Shown in pieces: positions 18,266 through 26,427 of a stretch of 55,662 nucleotides of DNA; within the stretch, counting starts at the first letter, position 1; each line of letters begins with the position of its first letter. Under the pieces are notes generated by a model. That model saw only the letters and a program-made list of their open reading frames with translations, was not told the origin of the DNA and did not search any database. The translations under genes and the position numbers were made by a program. The stretch spans positions 1 through 55,662 of the forward strand of contig JBLHKZ010000002.1 of the NCBI GenBank assembly GCA_047618185.1, read 5' to 3'. Source of the stretch: Limisphaerales bacterium. Its GTDB lineage: Bacteria > Verrucomicrobiota > Verrucomicrobiia > Limisphaerales > JAYPEY01.

Positions 18266-18697
18266 TTGCGCATCCTGCTGGGCGGATTCGCGGTCGTCAT
18301 CGGAGCCATCGGAGCCGTGGTCCTCACTATCGGCAATGAATCCCATGCCGGCATTGGATTGCTCGTCGCGCCCGTGATTCTGGCGATTTCCCTGGTTCTC
18401 TTCCACTCGCTCACCTTACGCGTTTCCAGGGATGGCGTGTCATTCGCGTTCGGACCGGGACTGATTCGAAAGAAGATCCCCCTGTCCGATATCGAATCCG
18501 CGCGCGCGGTGAAGAACCATTGGTACCACGGCTGGGGAATCAAGAAAATCAGCGGCGGCTGGCTCTACAACGTTTCCGGCTTCGACGCCGTCGAACTGCT
18601 TCACAAGAATGGCCGCAAGACCCGCATCGGAACCGACGAGCCAAAGAACCTGCTGGCGGCGATCAACTCCGCGATTGAGAACGCCCCCAAAGCGTAA
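18266..18697 (+). CDS. small membrane protein (two N-terminal TM helices plus soluble tail)
   Basis: TTG start in the track. Hydrophobic LLGGFAVVIGAIGAVVLTIG and IGLLVAPVILAISLVLF, then a beta-rich tail. No family recognised. Confidence 0.5.
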   Translation: MRILLGGFAVVIGAIGAVVLTIGNESHAGIGLLVAPVILAISLVLFHSLTLRVSRDGVSFAFGPGLIRKKIPLSDIESARAVKNHWYHGWGIKKISGGWLYNVSGFDAVELLHKNGRKTRIGTDEPKNLLAAINSAIENAPKA

Positions 18698-18786
18698 TCA
18701 GGGCCGCGGCGAATTCCGCCAGCGGCTTCAATCCAACTCGAATACCGATACCGGGCAGGCGCGTTCAAGATCCAAAGGAATTGTAG

Positions 18787-18960
18787 AGTCGGTGGGGCCG
18801 AGAGTCCCCGCGAGCCCTAATCAGTATCCTGCAGGGATTACAGCGACGCAGGATCGCTTTCAGGGCTTCTGGTTTCATTCGAAGCTGTGGATGGACGGGA
18901 AGTTCTGTAATTCCTTCGGAATACTAAAGTGGGCTCGCGGGGACTCTCGCCCCACCGACT
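18787..18960. repeat. 174-bp palindromic MITE/REP-like element
   Basis: Terminal ~30-bp inverted repeats AGTCGGTGGGGCCGAGAGTCCCCGCGAGCCC / GGGCTCGCGGGGACTCTCGCCCCACCGACT differ by one indel. An inner imperfect pair is GTATCCTGCAGGGATTACAG / CTGTAATTCCTTCGGAATAC. Confidence 0.7.
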
Positions 18961-18986
18961 TTGGATCGCTTCCGCTATTCCGCTCA

Positions 18987-20321
18987 TCAACCCGCCCAGT
19001 AAACCCGGTTACTCAACAGCTCCGTGTTCTTTCCGCCCGGCGATCCCGAGGTGTAGATGATGCCGGGCCGATCCGGAACTTTATTAAAACCCGTAGCGCG
19101 CTCGATGTTGGGCAGCCATTGCGATCTTTCCGGATCGGGCTCGCTCGCGAAGCTGAACTTGAATGAGCCACTTCGCGCGTCTCGAACAAATCTCACCGAT
19201 TCATTGCTAGGATTCCCCCAGGTCGATTCGCCCTCTTTCGCCTTCTGAATCTGCGCCGCGCCATGGAGTTCCCCCGCCGAGTTGAAGCTCAACCCGCCCG
19301 CCATGATCAAATCCTTGTCGCGCAGCTTCGACGGCAACTGCAACGAAAGATCAACGCGCGTCCAATCGCCCTTGCCATCCGACGTCGCCAGGATCACGCG
19401 GCCTTTGCCATTCTCCGTGACGCTGTAAACCAGATGCGGCAAGCCCGTCTTCGGGTCGACCGCCATGCAGCCCGCGCGCAGGCCAACTTCGCGATCCACT
19501 CCGCCCTTCGTCAGGAACTCGATATCATCCGCCGAGGCCGGCGTTTGAATCTCCGTGCCATCGCTACGCCGCCAAGTTTTTCCGAAATCGGCGCTCTTCA
19601 TGTAGGCGACAGTCTGGAGTCGGCCGTAGGCGTTCTTGTCCGAGTTCTCATGAAAACGGCAGCACAGATGCAGCGTCCTGTGATCCGGCCCCCAGGCAAG
19701 CGATTCCTGGAAATGTGCGTAACCCTTGTGCCGCGAACGCAGAATCGCTCCGCTCCGCATCCAAGCCTTCCCCGGTTTCTTCGTCCACAGCTCCACCTCC
19801 CACGGCTTCTCCTTGAAGCTGCGCCGCGCCGTGAAATAGAGCGTGTTGTCGGGCCCGCAAACCAGCGTGGGATACGTCAGCTTTTCCCCGAACTGAACTA
19901 CCTCCCCCCATTCCGAGGCGTCGTTCGGCCGCTTCGATCGACGATGGCGAAACGGATGATGATGCGGGAAGTAGACGATATGCAAATAGCCCTCGCGGTC
20001 GACCGTCAGCGCCGGGCCCCCATGATTGTCATGCGCTTCACCGACGGTGTAGGTCGGCGACCACTCGCCTGTCTTGCGATTCAATGTTCGGACGCAAACG
20101 CGAAACCCCTCCGCCGGAGAATCCAACCAGGCAACGTGCGTCCGATCGCCAACGGTCACAATCTTGTTCGCCTCGGCGTAACCCGTCGCACGACCGCAGC
20201 CTTGCTCGGAAAGCAGAAATCGTTTTTCTGTCGCCGGTCCGCCAATGGCTGCAAGAGATCCCGAAACCCCAGCCCCGAGAATGCCGCCGCCCGCCGTCGC
20301 GATAAATTGTCTTCGATTCAT
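18987..20321 (-). CDS. BNR/Asp-box repeat protein (sialidase-like fold), Tat signal
   Basis: MNRRQFIATAGGGILGAGVSG. Asp-boxes SADFGKTW and TSDGKGDW. Beta-propeller-like composition. Confidence 0.8.
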   Translation of the reverse strand: MNRRQFIATAGGGILGAGVSGSLAAIGGPATEKRFLLSEQGCGRATGYAEANKIVTVGDRTHVAWLDSPAEGFRVCVRTLNRKTGEWSPTYTVGEAHDNHGGPALTVDREGYLHIVYFPHHHPFRHRRSKRPNDASEWGEVVQFGEKLTYPTLVCGPDNTLYFTARRSFKEKPWEVELWTKKPGKAWMRSGAILRSRHKGYAHFQESLAWGPDHRTLHLCCRFHENSDKNAYGRLQTVAYMKSADFGKTWRRSDGTEIQTPASADDIEFLTKGGVDREVGLRAGCMAVDPKTGLPHLVYSVTENGKGRVILATSDGKGDWTRVDLSLQLPSKLRDKDLIMAGGLSFNSAGELHGAAQIQKAKEGESTWGNPSNESVRFVRDARSGSFKFSFASEPDPERSQWLPNIERATGFNKVPDRPGIIYTSGSPGGKNTELLSNRVYWAG

Positions 20322-20483
20322 GATCTACCATTGAGAACGACACTCACCGAATGGCAACTTGATTATTCAGAAAAGCAGGAGTCGATCGTTGGACACATCA
20401 AGGCGTCGGCGCCACGTTGCGCCGCCATGAGAAGCCAACCGCTCGACCATCGAATACGCATCCCCCGAATCATCGCATTGACC

Positions 20484-20576
20484 GGGGATGTAGCTCGATT
20501 GGCAGAGCAGCGGGTTTATACTCCGTAGCGCCAGATAAGCGGCAAGTTGCAGGTTCGAGCCCCGCCTTCCCCACCA
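20484..20576 (+). tRNA. atypical 93-nt tRNA-like gene (best anticodon loop reads UAU; encoded CCA)
   Basis: Acceptor GGGGATG/CTTCCCC (one U-U mismatch), UA, D arm GCTC-GATTGGCA-GAGC, hairpin GCGGG-TTTATAC-TCCGT, then 22 extra nt. T arm GCAGG-TTCGAGC-CCCGC (one A-C mismatch), then A-CCA. Not verified with a covariance model. Confidence 0.55.
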
Positions 20577-20605
20577 ACTTCATATCCTAATCGCGCGCTT
20601 GTCGC

Positions 20606-22162
20606 TCAAGGCAGCTTCGGCTTCTGGGGCTTGCCGCTTTCCGGATCCACCGGATAGAGCGCTTTCTGCCGCTTCATCTCCGCGCTCAGATTTTTCATCA
20701 GGCGGCGCAGGTGTTTGGGTTCGGAAGCGGCGATGTTCTTCTGCTCGAAGGGATCTTCGGCCAGATGGTAGAGCTGATAGTGGGAGCCTTCCGATTCCTT
20801 CGAGGGAAAATAGTGGTAGATCACTTTCCACTCGCCATCGCGGTAGGAGGTGAAGTGATGGCTGCGATGCGGCTTGTGCGGGTAGTGCATGAGGAACGTT
20901 TCCTTGCGGCTTCCATCGGCCTTACCCGTGAGCAATTTGTCCAACGGCGCGCCATCGACGGCGTGCTTGGCCGGCGTCTTGACGCCGGTGAGCCCGAGGA
21001 TCGTCGGCATCAAATCGTAGACTGCGGCTTGCTGGGACTGGATCGTACCGATCTCGATTGGCAACCGCTTTTGATGGGCGTTCTTCGGATTCGGCTTCGC
21101 CCAGGCTGCGATGAAGGGCACGCGCATGCCGCCTTCGTAATGCGAGCCTTTCTTGCCTCGCAGCGGCGCCGCGCAAGCGACCGCATGCTGATGGCCGAGC
21201 GGCCCGTCGGAGCCGTTGTCGCCGAGAAAAAAGATGACCGTATTTTCTGCGACGCCCAACGCATCAAGGTGATCGAGCACATCGCCGAGCGACTTGTCCA
21301 TACCCTCGATGAGAGTGGCGAAGGCCTGGGCGTTCTTGGGTTTTCCCGAGTCGGTGTAATTCGCCGCATACCGCGGATCGGATTCAAACGGCCCATGCAC
21401 GGCGTAATGCGCGAAATGCAGGAAGAAGGGCTTCTTGGCCTTCACTGCGTCGCTGACGCGCGCCTTGGCCTCGATTGTCAACGCCTCGGTGAGGAAGGTC
21501 TTCGAGCCATGGTATTTCTCCAGATGCGGGACGGCGTGGTGTTTGCGCCGAGTGCCCTTGCCGTAGTTTTTCTCGGCGTAGTAGCTGCCCGGAGCCCCAA
21601 ACGACGCGCCCGCGACATTGACATCGAAGCCGAGATTGAGCGGTTCAGAGCCTTCGAAGGCGCGCGCGCCTAAATGAGCCTTGCCGACGTGGATCGTGCG
21701 AAAGCCATTCGCCTGCAGCAGACGAGGCAGAGTGACGTCGCCTTTCTTGAGTCCTTCCCAGTTCCATTCCGGAGGACCACCGGGGCCCGCGTTGTTGCGT
21801 TCGGGATTGATCCAGTTGGTCGCGCGATGCCGGGCGGCATTCTGACCGGTCAGGATCGAGATGCGCGTCGGCGAGCAGACGCTCATGGCGCAAAAGTTAT
21901 TGAAGCGAATGCCGCGGGCCGCCAGTCGCTCCATGTTCGGTGTGCGATAGTGATCATTGAGCGGGTAGCGTTTGGGTTTGCCGGCCTTGTCGGTGAGAAA
22001 GGGAACGGAGGTGTCCATTACGCCCATGTCGTCGACGAGGAAGACCACGACGTTCGGCTGCGACCGGGATTTGGAATCGTCGGCGGCGTGCAGCGAAGCG
22101 GGAACGAAGGAGAGCAACGCGAGCAGAGCGGAAAGCGCGATACGGCGTGAAAGATATTTCAT
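20606..22162 (-). CDS. formylglycine-dependent sulfatase (arylsulfatase family)
   Basis: ATG at 22162 gives the signal MKYLSRRIALSALLALLSFVPASLHA. VVFLVDDMG and the CSPTRISILTG (C-x-P-x-R) motif. GDNG and HYEGG regions. Confidence 0.92.
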   Translation of the reverse strand: MKYLSRRIALSALLALLSFVPASLHAADDSKSRSQPNVVVFLVDDMGVMDTSVPFLTDKAGKPKRYPLNDHYRTPNMERLAARGIRFNNFCAMSVCSPTRISILTGQNAARHRATNWINPERNNAGPGGPPEWNWEGLKKGDVTLPRLLQANGFRTIHVGKAHLGARAFEGSEPLNLGFDVNVAGASFGAPGSYYAEKNYGKGTRRKHHAVPHLEKYHGSKTFLTEALTIEAKARVSDAVKAKKPFFLHFAHYAVHGPFESDPRYAANYTDSGKPKNAQAFATLIEGMDKSLGDVLDHLDALGVAENTVIFFLGDNGSDGPLGHQHAVACAAPLRGKKGSHYEGGMRVPFIAAWAKPNPKNAHQKRLPIEIGTIQSQQAAVYDLMPTILGLTGVKTPAKHAVDGAPLDKLLTGKADGSRKETFLMHYPHKPHRSHHFTSYRDGEWKVIYHYFPSKESEGSHYQLYHLAEDPFEQKNIAASEPKHLRRLMKNLSAEMKRQKALYPVDPESGKPQKPKLP

Positions 22163-22358
22163 GGAGCGAACATAACGGATGGCTCCCACGCGACGCACGA
22201 TCAAATGCTGCGGCAATATTAATCAGACTGGCCCGTGCGAAGAGCATCAATGGAAATTCCGAACGAATCCACCCCGATTCCACCCCCCCTTAATTCCTCC
22301 TCCCTCGGCGGGGTGAAATATCCCCTGCCAAAAGGGGAACAACGCGACGACATACCAT

Positions 22359-22737
22359 TTACCGCAAGAACAGTTCCCCTCCGCGGATTAACGACCGGGA
22401 GAGCCTAACGCCCTCCCGCACATGCGCGCGCAACTCGGGCACGACCTCCTCTTCAAACCACGGATTGCGCCTTAGCCACAGTCGATTACGAGGCGAAGGA
22501 TGCGGCATCGGAAGGAACTCAGGCAAATGGTCGCGGAAATCCTTCACTGTTTCCGAGAGCGCGGACTTGGATTTGTCCCCCAGATAGCGCCGCTGCGAAT
22601 ACTGCCCGATCAGTAGCGTGAGACGAACGTCCTTCATTTCTCCGAGGATCTCCGGATGCCACAACGGCGCGCATTCCGGGCGTCGGGCCGATGATCAGAA
22701 TCCGGGCGCGCGATGCGCTCGAACGACAGGCCGAGGT
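22359..22737 (-). pseudogene. uracil-DNA glycosylase superfamily gene relic (internal deletion plus frameshift, 5' truncated)
   Basis: C-terminal half is intact in one frame (RPECAPLWHPEILG...LLIGQYSQRRYLG...PMPHPSPRNRLWLRRNPWFEEEVVPEL). The ARILIIGPTPG motif lies in a different frame immediately upstream. The two frames meet at ACGCCCGGAATGC. Confidence 0.7.
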
Positions 22738-22751
22738 TCATGGGCCTTTCC

Positions 22752-23576
22752 TCAAAAGACGAATCCAACCCCGACGCGAACGGCGTTGCCATTGCCATGA
22801 TCGAGCAGACCCTGGCGATCGGACAAATCGTGGAGCCAATCGATCTGTCCGTGGATCGTGTCCGTGAAGCGCCAGTAGAGCACGGGGCCCGTGGAGATCG
22901 TGAAGGCGCCGTCGTCCTCGTAGTGAAAACGATTCGACCACTTGATGTGACCGTTGGAGCCGAGGCCGCGGAGATTGTAGCCCACCTCGATATTCCCGGT
23001 CAGTTCGGCCTCGTCGTCGCCATAGAAAACCCAGCCGGTGGCGCCAACGCCGAATTTGAAGCGATAGGTTTCGGTTTCGTATCCGAGCGAAAGGCCATTG
23101 CCCCACTGATGATCGTAGACCGCGTAGGCGTCGTCCCTAGCGAATGGGATGCCAAGTTGCGGCGCCAGGGTCCAACTGCCGCTGCGGCCATCCAGGTTGA
23201 AATAACGTTTAAGCGGCAACGCCACCGTCGCATCGCCAAATCCTTCGTCATGCTGCACGAACTTGCTCCCGCCTATGCCGAGCAATTCCCGTCGGGCGTC
23301 CAGGACATAGGGCAGCTTAAATGTCAGCCGAATGGATTTGTCCCAGGTGTAAACGCCCTCGAGATGAAGCAAATGAATGTCCTCCGAAAAGCCGGGGCCC
23401 ACAACCGTATTGCCCGAAAGCAGGTCCCGCTCGTGTCGGTATTCCTGAATGAACTGAAAGCCCCACCCGCCGTCCCAACGGGGCATCTCGTTGAAAATGG
23501 GTTGTTCTCCGCGAGAACTTGGAACGGCCAGGACTAGAAGCAGCGTGAACAGCCGGAACGATTTAAGAAGGGACAT
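22752..23576 (-). CDS. outer-membrane beta-barrel transporter (MetA-pathway/phenol-degradation-like OMP)
   Basis: Signal MSLLKSFRLFTLLLVLAVPSSRG. Alternating beta-strand pattern. C-terminal GVGFVF with terminal Phe. Confidence 0.75.
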   Translation of the reverse strand: MSLLKSFRLFTLLLVLAVPSSRGEQPIFNEMPRWDGGWGFQFIQEYRHERDLLSGNTVVGPGFSEDIHLLHLEGVYTWDKSIRLTFKLPYVLDARRELLGIGGSKFVQHDEGFGDATVALPLKRYFNLDGRSGSWTLAPQLGIPFARDDAYAVYDHQWGNGLSLGYETETYRFKFGVGATGWVFYGDDEAELTGNIEVGYNLRGLGSNGHIKWSNRFHYEDDGAFTISTGPVLYWRFTDTIHGQIDWLHDLSDRQGLLDHGNGNAVRVGVGFVF

Positions 23577-23582
23577 CGAGGC

Positions 23583-24008
23583 CTACTTGTAGCCCTTGGC
23601 CGCGAACGGCTTCGTCGTCACCGCATCGCCCGTCAATGCATAGAGATGAACGGGATCGTAGCCCGCGTCTTCGATCGCCTTCGCCAGCGCCTTGTTGTCA
23701 ACGGTCTTGCCCTTGCGCAGCCCGATGGTGACCAGCTGGGTCTTGGCGTCGAGCTCGACTCCTTTTTTGAACTGCTTCTTATCGACGAAATCCAGCTTGG
23801 CCACCTTCTTGCGAATGCCGATGGCGCAGGAGGCGCAGCACAGTCCCTTCACGTAAAGCAGCGCGACGTCGGGCTGAGCCTGAAGTTTTTGTTTTGCGGC
23901 GACGCGGCGAGTCTGCTCGCTGGCTTCTGGAGTTTCCTCAGCCAGGCCCGATGTCGTCAAGGCGACGGTGAGGCAGGCAATCATCGACAATTCAAAGAAT
24001 TTTTTCAT
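23583..24008 (-). CDS. secreted heavy-metal-associated (HMA) domain protein
   Basis: ATG at 24008 gives MKKFFELSMIACLTVALTTSGLA. HMA-like VKGLCCASCAIGIRKKV...AIEDAGYD. Lies 6 bp upstream of the OMP gene. Confidence 0.75.
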   Translation of the reverse strand: MKKFFELSMIACLTVALTTSGLAEETPEASEQTRRVAAKQKLQAQPDVALLYVKGLCCASCAIGIRKKVAKLDFVDKKQFKKGVELDAKTQLVTIGLRKGKTVDNKALAKAIEDAGYDPVHLYALTGDAVTTKPFAAKGYK

Positions 24009-24135
24009 AAAGCGTCTCAATGGGATTTGTCTTAACCCTGAAACCAATAACTCAAATACGAACAAAGGCCAATGTTTGGTTGCGGCATGGTTCTGTGCCG
24101 AACGGGTCTCAGTTCATGACCCATCAGCCGGTTTT

Positions 24136-24171
24136 GAATCCCAACGGGATTCCGTCCTTCAACCCTGGGTA
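24136..24171. repeat. partial copy of repeat family R3
   Basis: GAATCCCAACGGGATTCCGTCCTTCAACCCTGGGTA resembles 14262-14300. Confidence 0.4.
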
Positions 24172-24295
24172 TCTCGTCAAACATTCTCTTCAACGCCGAA
24201 GGTGTTGGGTCCATGATGCGCTGATCGACGGCGTCGTTTTCAATCGCATGATTGATCTGAGTTGACGCGACGCGTTCACGAAACAAAATGCCGCA

Positions 24296-25072
24296 ATGAA
24301 ATCGACCGCCCGCTTCTCCACACCGTCCCTGATCATCGCCGCCGCCGTCTGCTTCGCCGTAACCGCCGCCTCGGCCGCCGACAAGAAGGACTCCAACTCG
24401 CGGGAACTGACGGCAATGGGCGGACTGAAGAACTGGAGGCTCGCCGATCCCAAAGCCGAGGGAACGGCGGATTGGAAAGACGTCCTCGCCGCCGGATTGG
24501 CCCGGGATAATCCCCGGCTCCTACGCCCGATGAAAGGCAAGGGCGGCGTCATCGTCAATGGCCCGACCGGCAAAACGAAGAACCTCGTGTCAAAGGCGGA
24601 GCACGGCGACGTGGAGGCCCACATCGAATTTCTCGTCGCGGAGAAATCGAACTCCGGAATCTATTTCATGGGGCGGTATGAGATCCAGGTATTCGACAGC
24701 TTTGGCAAGGATCACATCGCCGTGCATGACTGCGGCGCGATCTACCAGCGTTGGGATCCGAAACGCGGCAAGGGCAAGGAGGGCTACGAAGGCCACACTG
24801 CGCGCGTCAACGCCAGCCGGAAGGCGGGCGAATGGCAAAGCTTCGACGTGATCTTCCGGGCTCCGCGCTTCGACAAGGACGGCAAGAAAACCCAGAGGGC
24901 CGAGTTCGTGAAAGTCATCCACAACGGCACCGTGATTCACGAGAACGTCAAACTCACCGGCCCGACGCGCGGCGGCATGTTCAATGACGAGAAGGCAACC
25001 GGCCCCCTCATGCTCCAGGGCGACCACGGCCCCGTGGCCTATCGAAACATCCGCTTGCGTCCGCTCAAGTAA
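24296..25072 (+). CDS. DUF1080 (3-keto-disaccharide hydrolase-like) domain protein, secreted
   Basis: Signal MKSTARFSTPSLIIAAAVCFAVTAASA. SGIYFMGRYEIQVFDS, VIHNGTVIHENV, GPLMLQGDHGPVAYRNIRLRPL. Confidence 0.85.
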   Translation: MKSTARFSTPSLIIAAAVCFAVTAASAADKKDSNSRELTAMGGLKNWRLADPKAEGTADWKDVLAAGLARDNPRLLRPMKGKGGVIVNGPTGKTKNLVSKAEHGDVEAHIEFLVAEKSNSGIYFMGRYEIQVFDSFGKDHIAVHDCGAIYQRWDPKRGKGKEGYEGHTARVNASRKAGEWQSFDVIFRAPRFDKDGKKTQRAEFVKVIHNGTVIHENVKLTGPTRGGMFNDEKATGPLMLQGDHGPVAYRNIRLRPLK

Positions 25073-25077
25073 GCGGC

Positions 25078-25238
25078 GCCTCCCGCACGTAACGCAGACA
25101 TCCTGTCTGCCTCCGGCAGGATGCACGAATTACGAAATATGAGGACGCCTGGCAAGCCGGCGCGACGGAACCCGTCATTTCGAAACGTGTCGTGCGCCCC
25201 TTCGTCAGGCCGAAAGCAGGCAGGATGCCTGCGCTACG
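25078..25238. repeat. inverted pair of a GC-rich repeat (family R4)
   Basis: CGTAACGCAGACATCCTGTCTGCC (25078-25101) versus the reverse complement of GCAGGCAGGATGCCTGCGCTACG (25216-25238). Confidence 0.55.
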
Positions 25239-25315
25239 CGCGAATTCCTCCAGCGCATTGCGCGATTGATCCCTTTGCCCGGAAGCGCTTTGATGCCCCT
25301 CCATTTTTTAAAATC

Positions 25316-26116
25316 ATGAGAATCATTCGATACCAACAGAACGACGGCGCCACGAGTTACGCGGCGGAACAGACGGACGGAACCTTTCGCGCGATTGACG
25401 GCGACATTCTGGGCGAATACTCCGTCACGGAAACGGCCGTAACGCCTGACACCATCCTCGCGCCGATCGATCCGCGCGTGATTCTCTGCATCGGGCTAAA
25501 CTACCGACATCACGCCGCCGAGAGCGGAATGGCCGAGCCCGAGTATCCCATCCTGTTCTTCAAGGCGCCGAATGCCCTGCAGCGTCCCGGCGGACCGATC
25601 GTGCTGCCAACGCATCTGAAGAGCGACGAGGTGGACTACGAGTGCGAACTGGCCGTCGTCATCGGCAAGGAGTGCAAGAATGTCTCCAAGGAAAACGCGC
25701 TGGACTACGTGCTCGGCTACACTTGCGCCAACGACGTCAGCGCCCGCGACTGGCAAATCAAAAAAGGCGGCAGCCAGTGGTCGCGCGGCAAGACCTTCGA
25801 CACCTTCTGCCCGCTCGGCCCGGCGATCGTCACAGCCGACGAAGTCGGCAATCCGAATGAGCTTAAGATTCGCACACTGCTCAACGGCGACGCAGTTCAG
25901 GACTGGAACACGAACGACATGATCTTCGACGTGCCGACCTTGATCGAATTTCTCAGCGGCAGCACCACCCTGCTCCCCGGAACGATCATCCTGACTGGCA
26001 CACCGCACGGCGTCGGCATGGCCGCCAAGCCGCAACGCTGGCTCAAACCCGGCGACGTTGTCACCATCGACATCGAGAAAATCGGCCAACTGACCAACGA
26101 AGTCGAAGCCGAATAG
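25316..26116 (+). CDS. fumarylacetoacetate hydrolase (FAH) family protein
   Basis: ATG at 25316 (MRIIRYQQNDG). GLNYRHHAAE, EVDYECELAVVIGK, ANDVSARDWQ, PGTIILTGTPHGVG. Confidence 0.9.
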   Translation: MRIIRYQQNDGATSYAAEQTDGTFRAIDGDILGEYSVTETAVTPDTILAPIDPRVILCIGLNYRHHAAESGMAEPEYPILFFKAPNALQRPGGPIVLPTHLKSDEVDYECELAVVIGKECKNVSKENALDYVLGYTCANDVSARDWQIKKGGSQWSRGKTFDTFCPLGPAIVTADEVGNPNELKIRTLLNGDAVQDWNTNDMIFDVPTLIEFLSGSTTLLPGTIILTGTPHGVGMAAKPQRWLKPGDVVTIDIEKIGQLTNEVEAE

Positions 26117-26119
26117 ATC

Positions 26120-26283
26120 GCAAAGCCTTCGCCCGTCAGCAGGATAAATAGGCTGTCGCCCCATTCGCCCGTTTTGCAGATCTCAAAAACTGGCGAAACG
26201 CCCTTGAAGTCGGCAAAGCGCATGAACGCCGACAACTCGTCATCGGTCAGACGGGCAAGCAGTTTGCATCGGCGCGGATTCAA
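26120..26283 (-). pseudogene. possible N-terminal fragment of a cyclic-nucleotide-binding (Crp/Fnr-like) gene
   Basis: ARLTDDELSAFMRFADFKGVSPVFEICKTGEWGDSLFILLTGE fits the start of a cNMP-binding domain. The frame then runs antisense into the FAH gene. TTG start only. Confidence 0.35.
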
Positions 26284-26318
26284 AGTGGGATGGCATGGGA
26301 TTCCTTGATGATCCCCAA

Positions 26319-26397
26319 CGCAGCAGCCGACGTAAGGAGGCTCAAACTGGGATTGATCCTTTTTGAAGAAATGAGCCTTCTCACGTCGGCTGCTGCG
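26319..26397. repeat. 26-bp-stem hairpin (family R5) at a convergent gene junction
   Basis: CGCAGCAGCCGACGTAAGGAGGCTCA ... TGAGCCTTCTCACGTCGGCTGCTGCG. The stem has 3 mismatches and the loop is ~27 nt. It lies 30 bp beyond the DUF1501 stop, so it is a candidate bidirectional terminator. Confidence 0.6.
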
Positions 26398-26427
26398 GAG
26401 AGGTTGAACTTCGAACCTTATCGAAAC

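Noticed and set aside
20478-20483. TTGACC immediately 5' of the tRNA-like gene, considered as a -35 box.
   Set aside because: It abuts position 1 of the tRNA-like sequence, so the geometry is wrong for a promoter of that gene.
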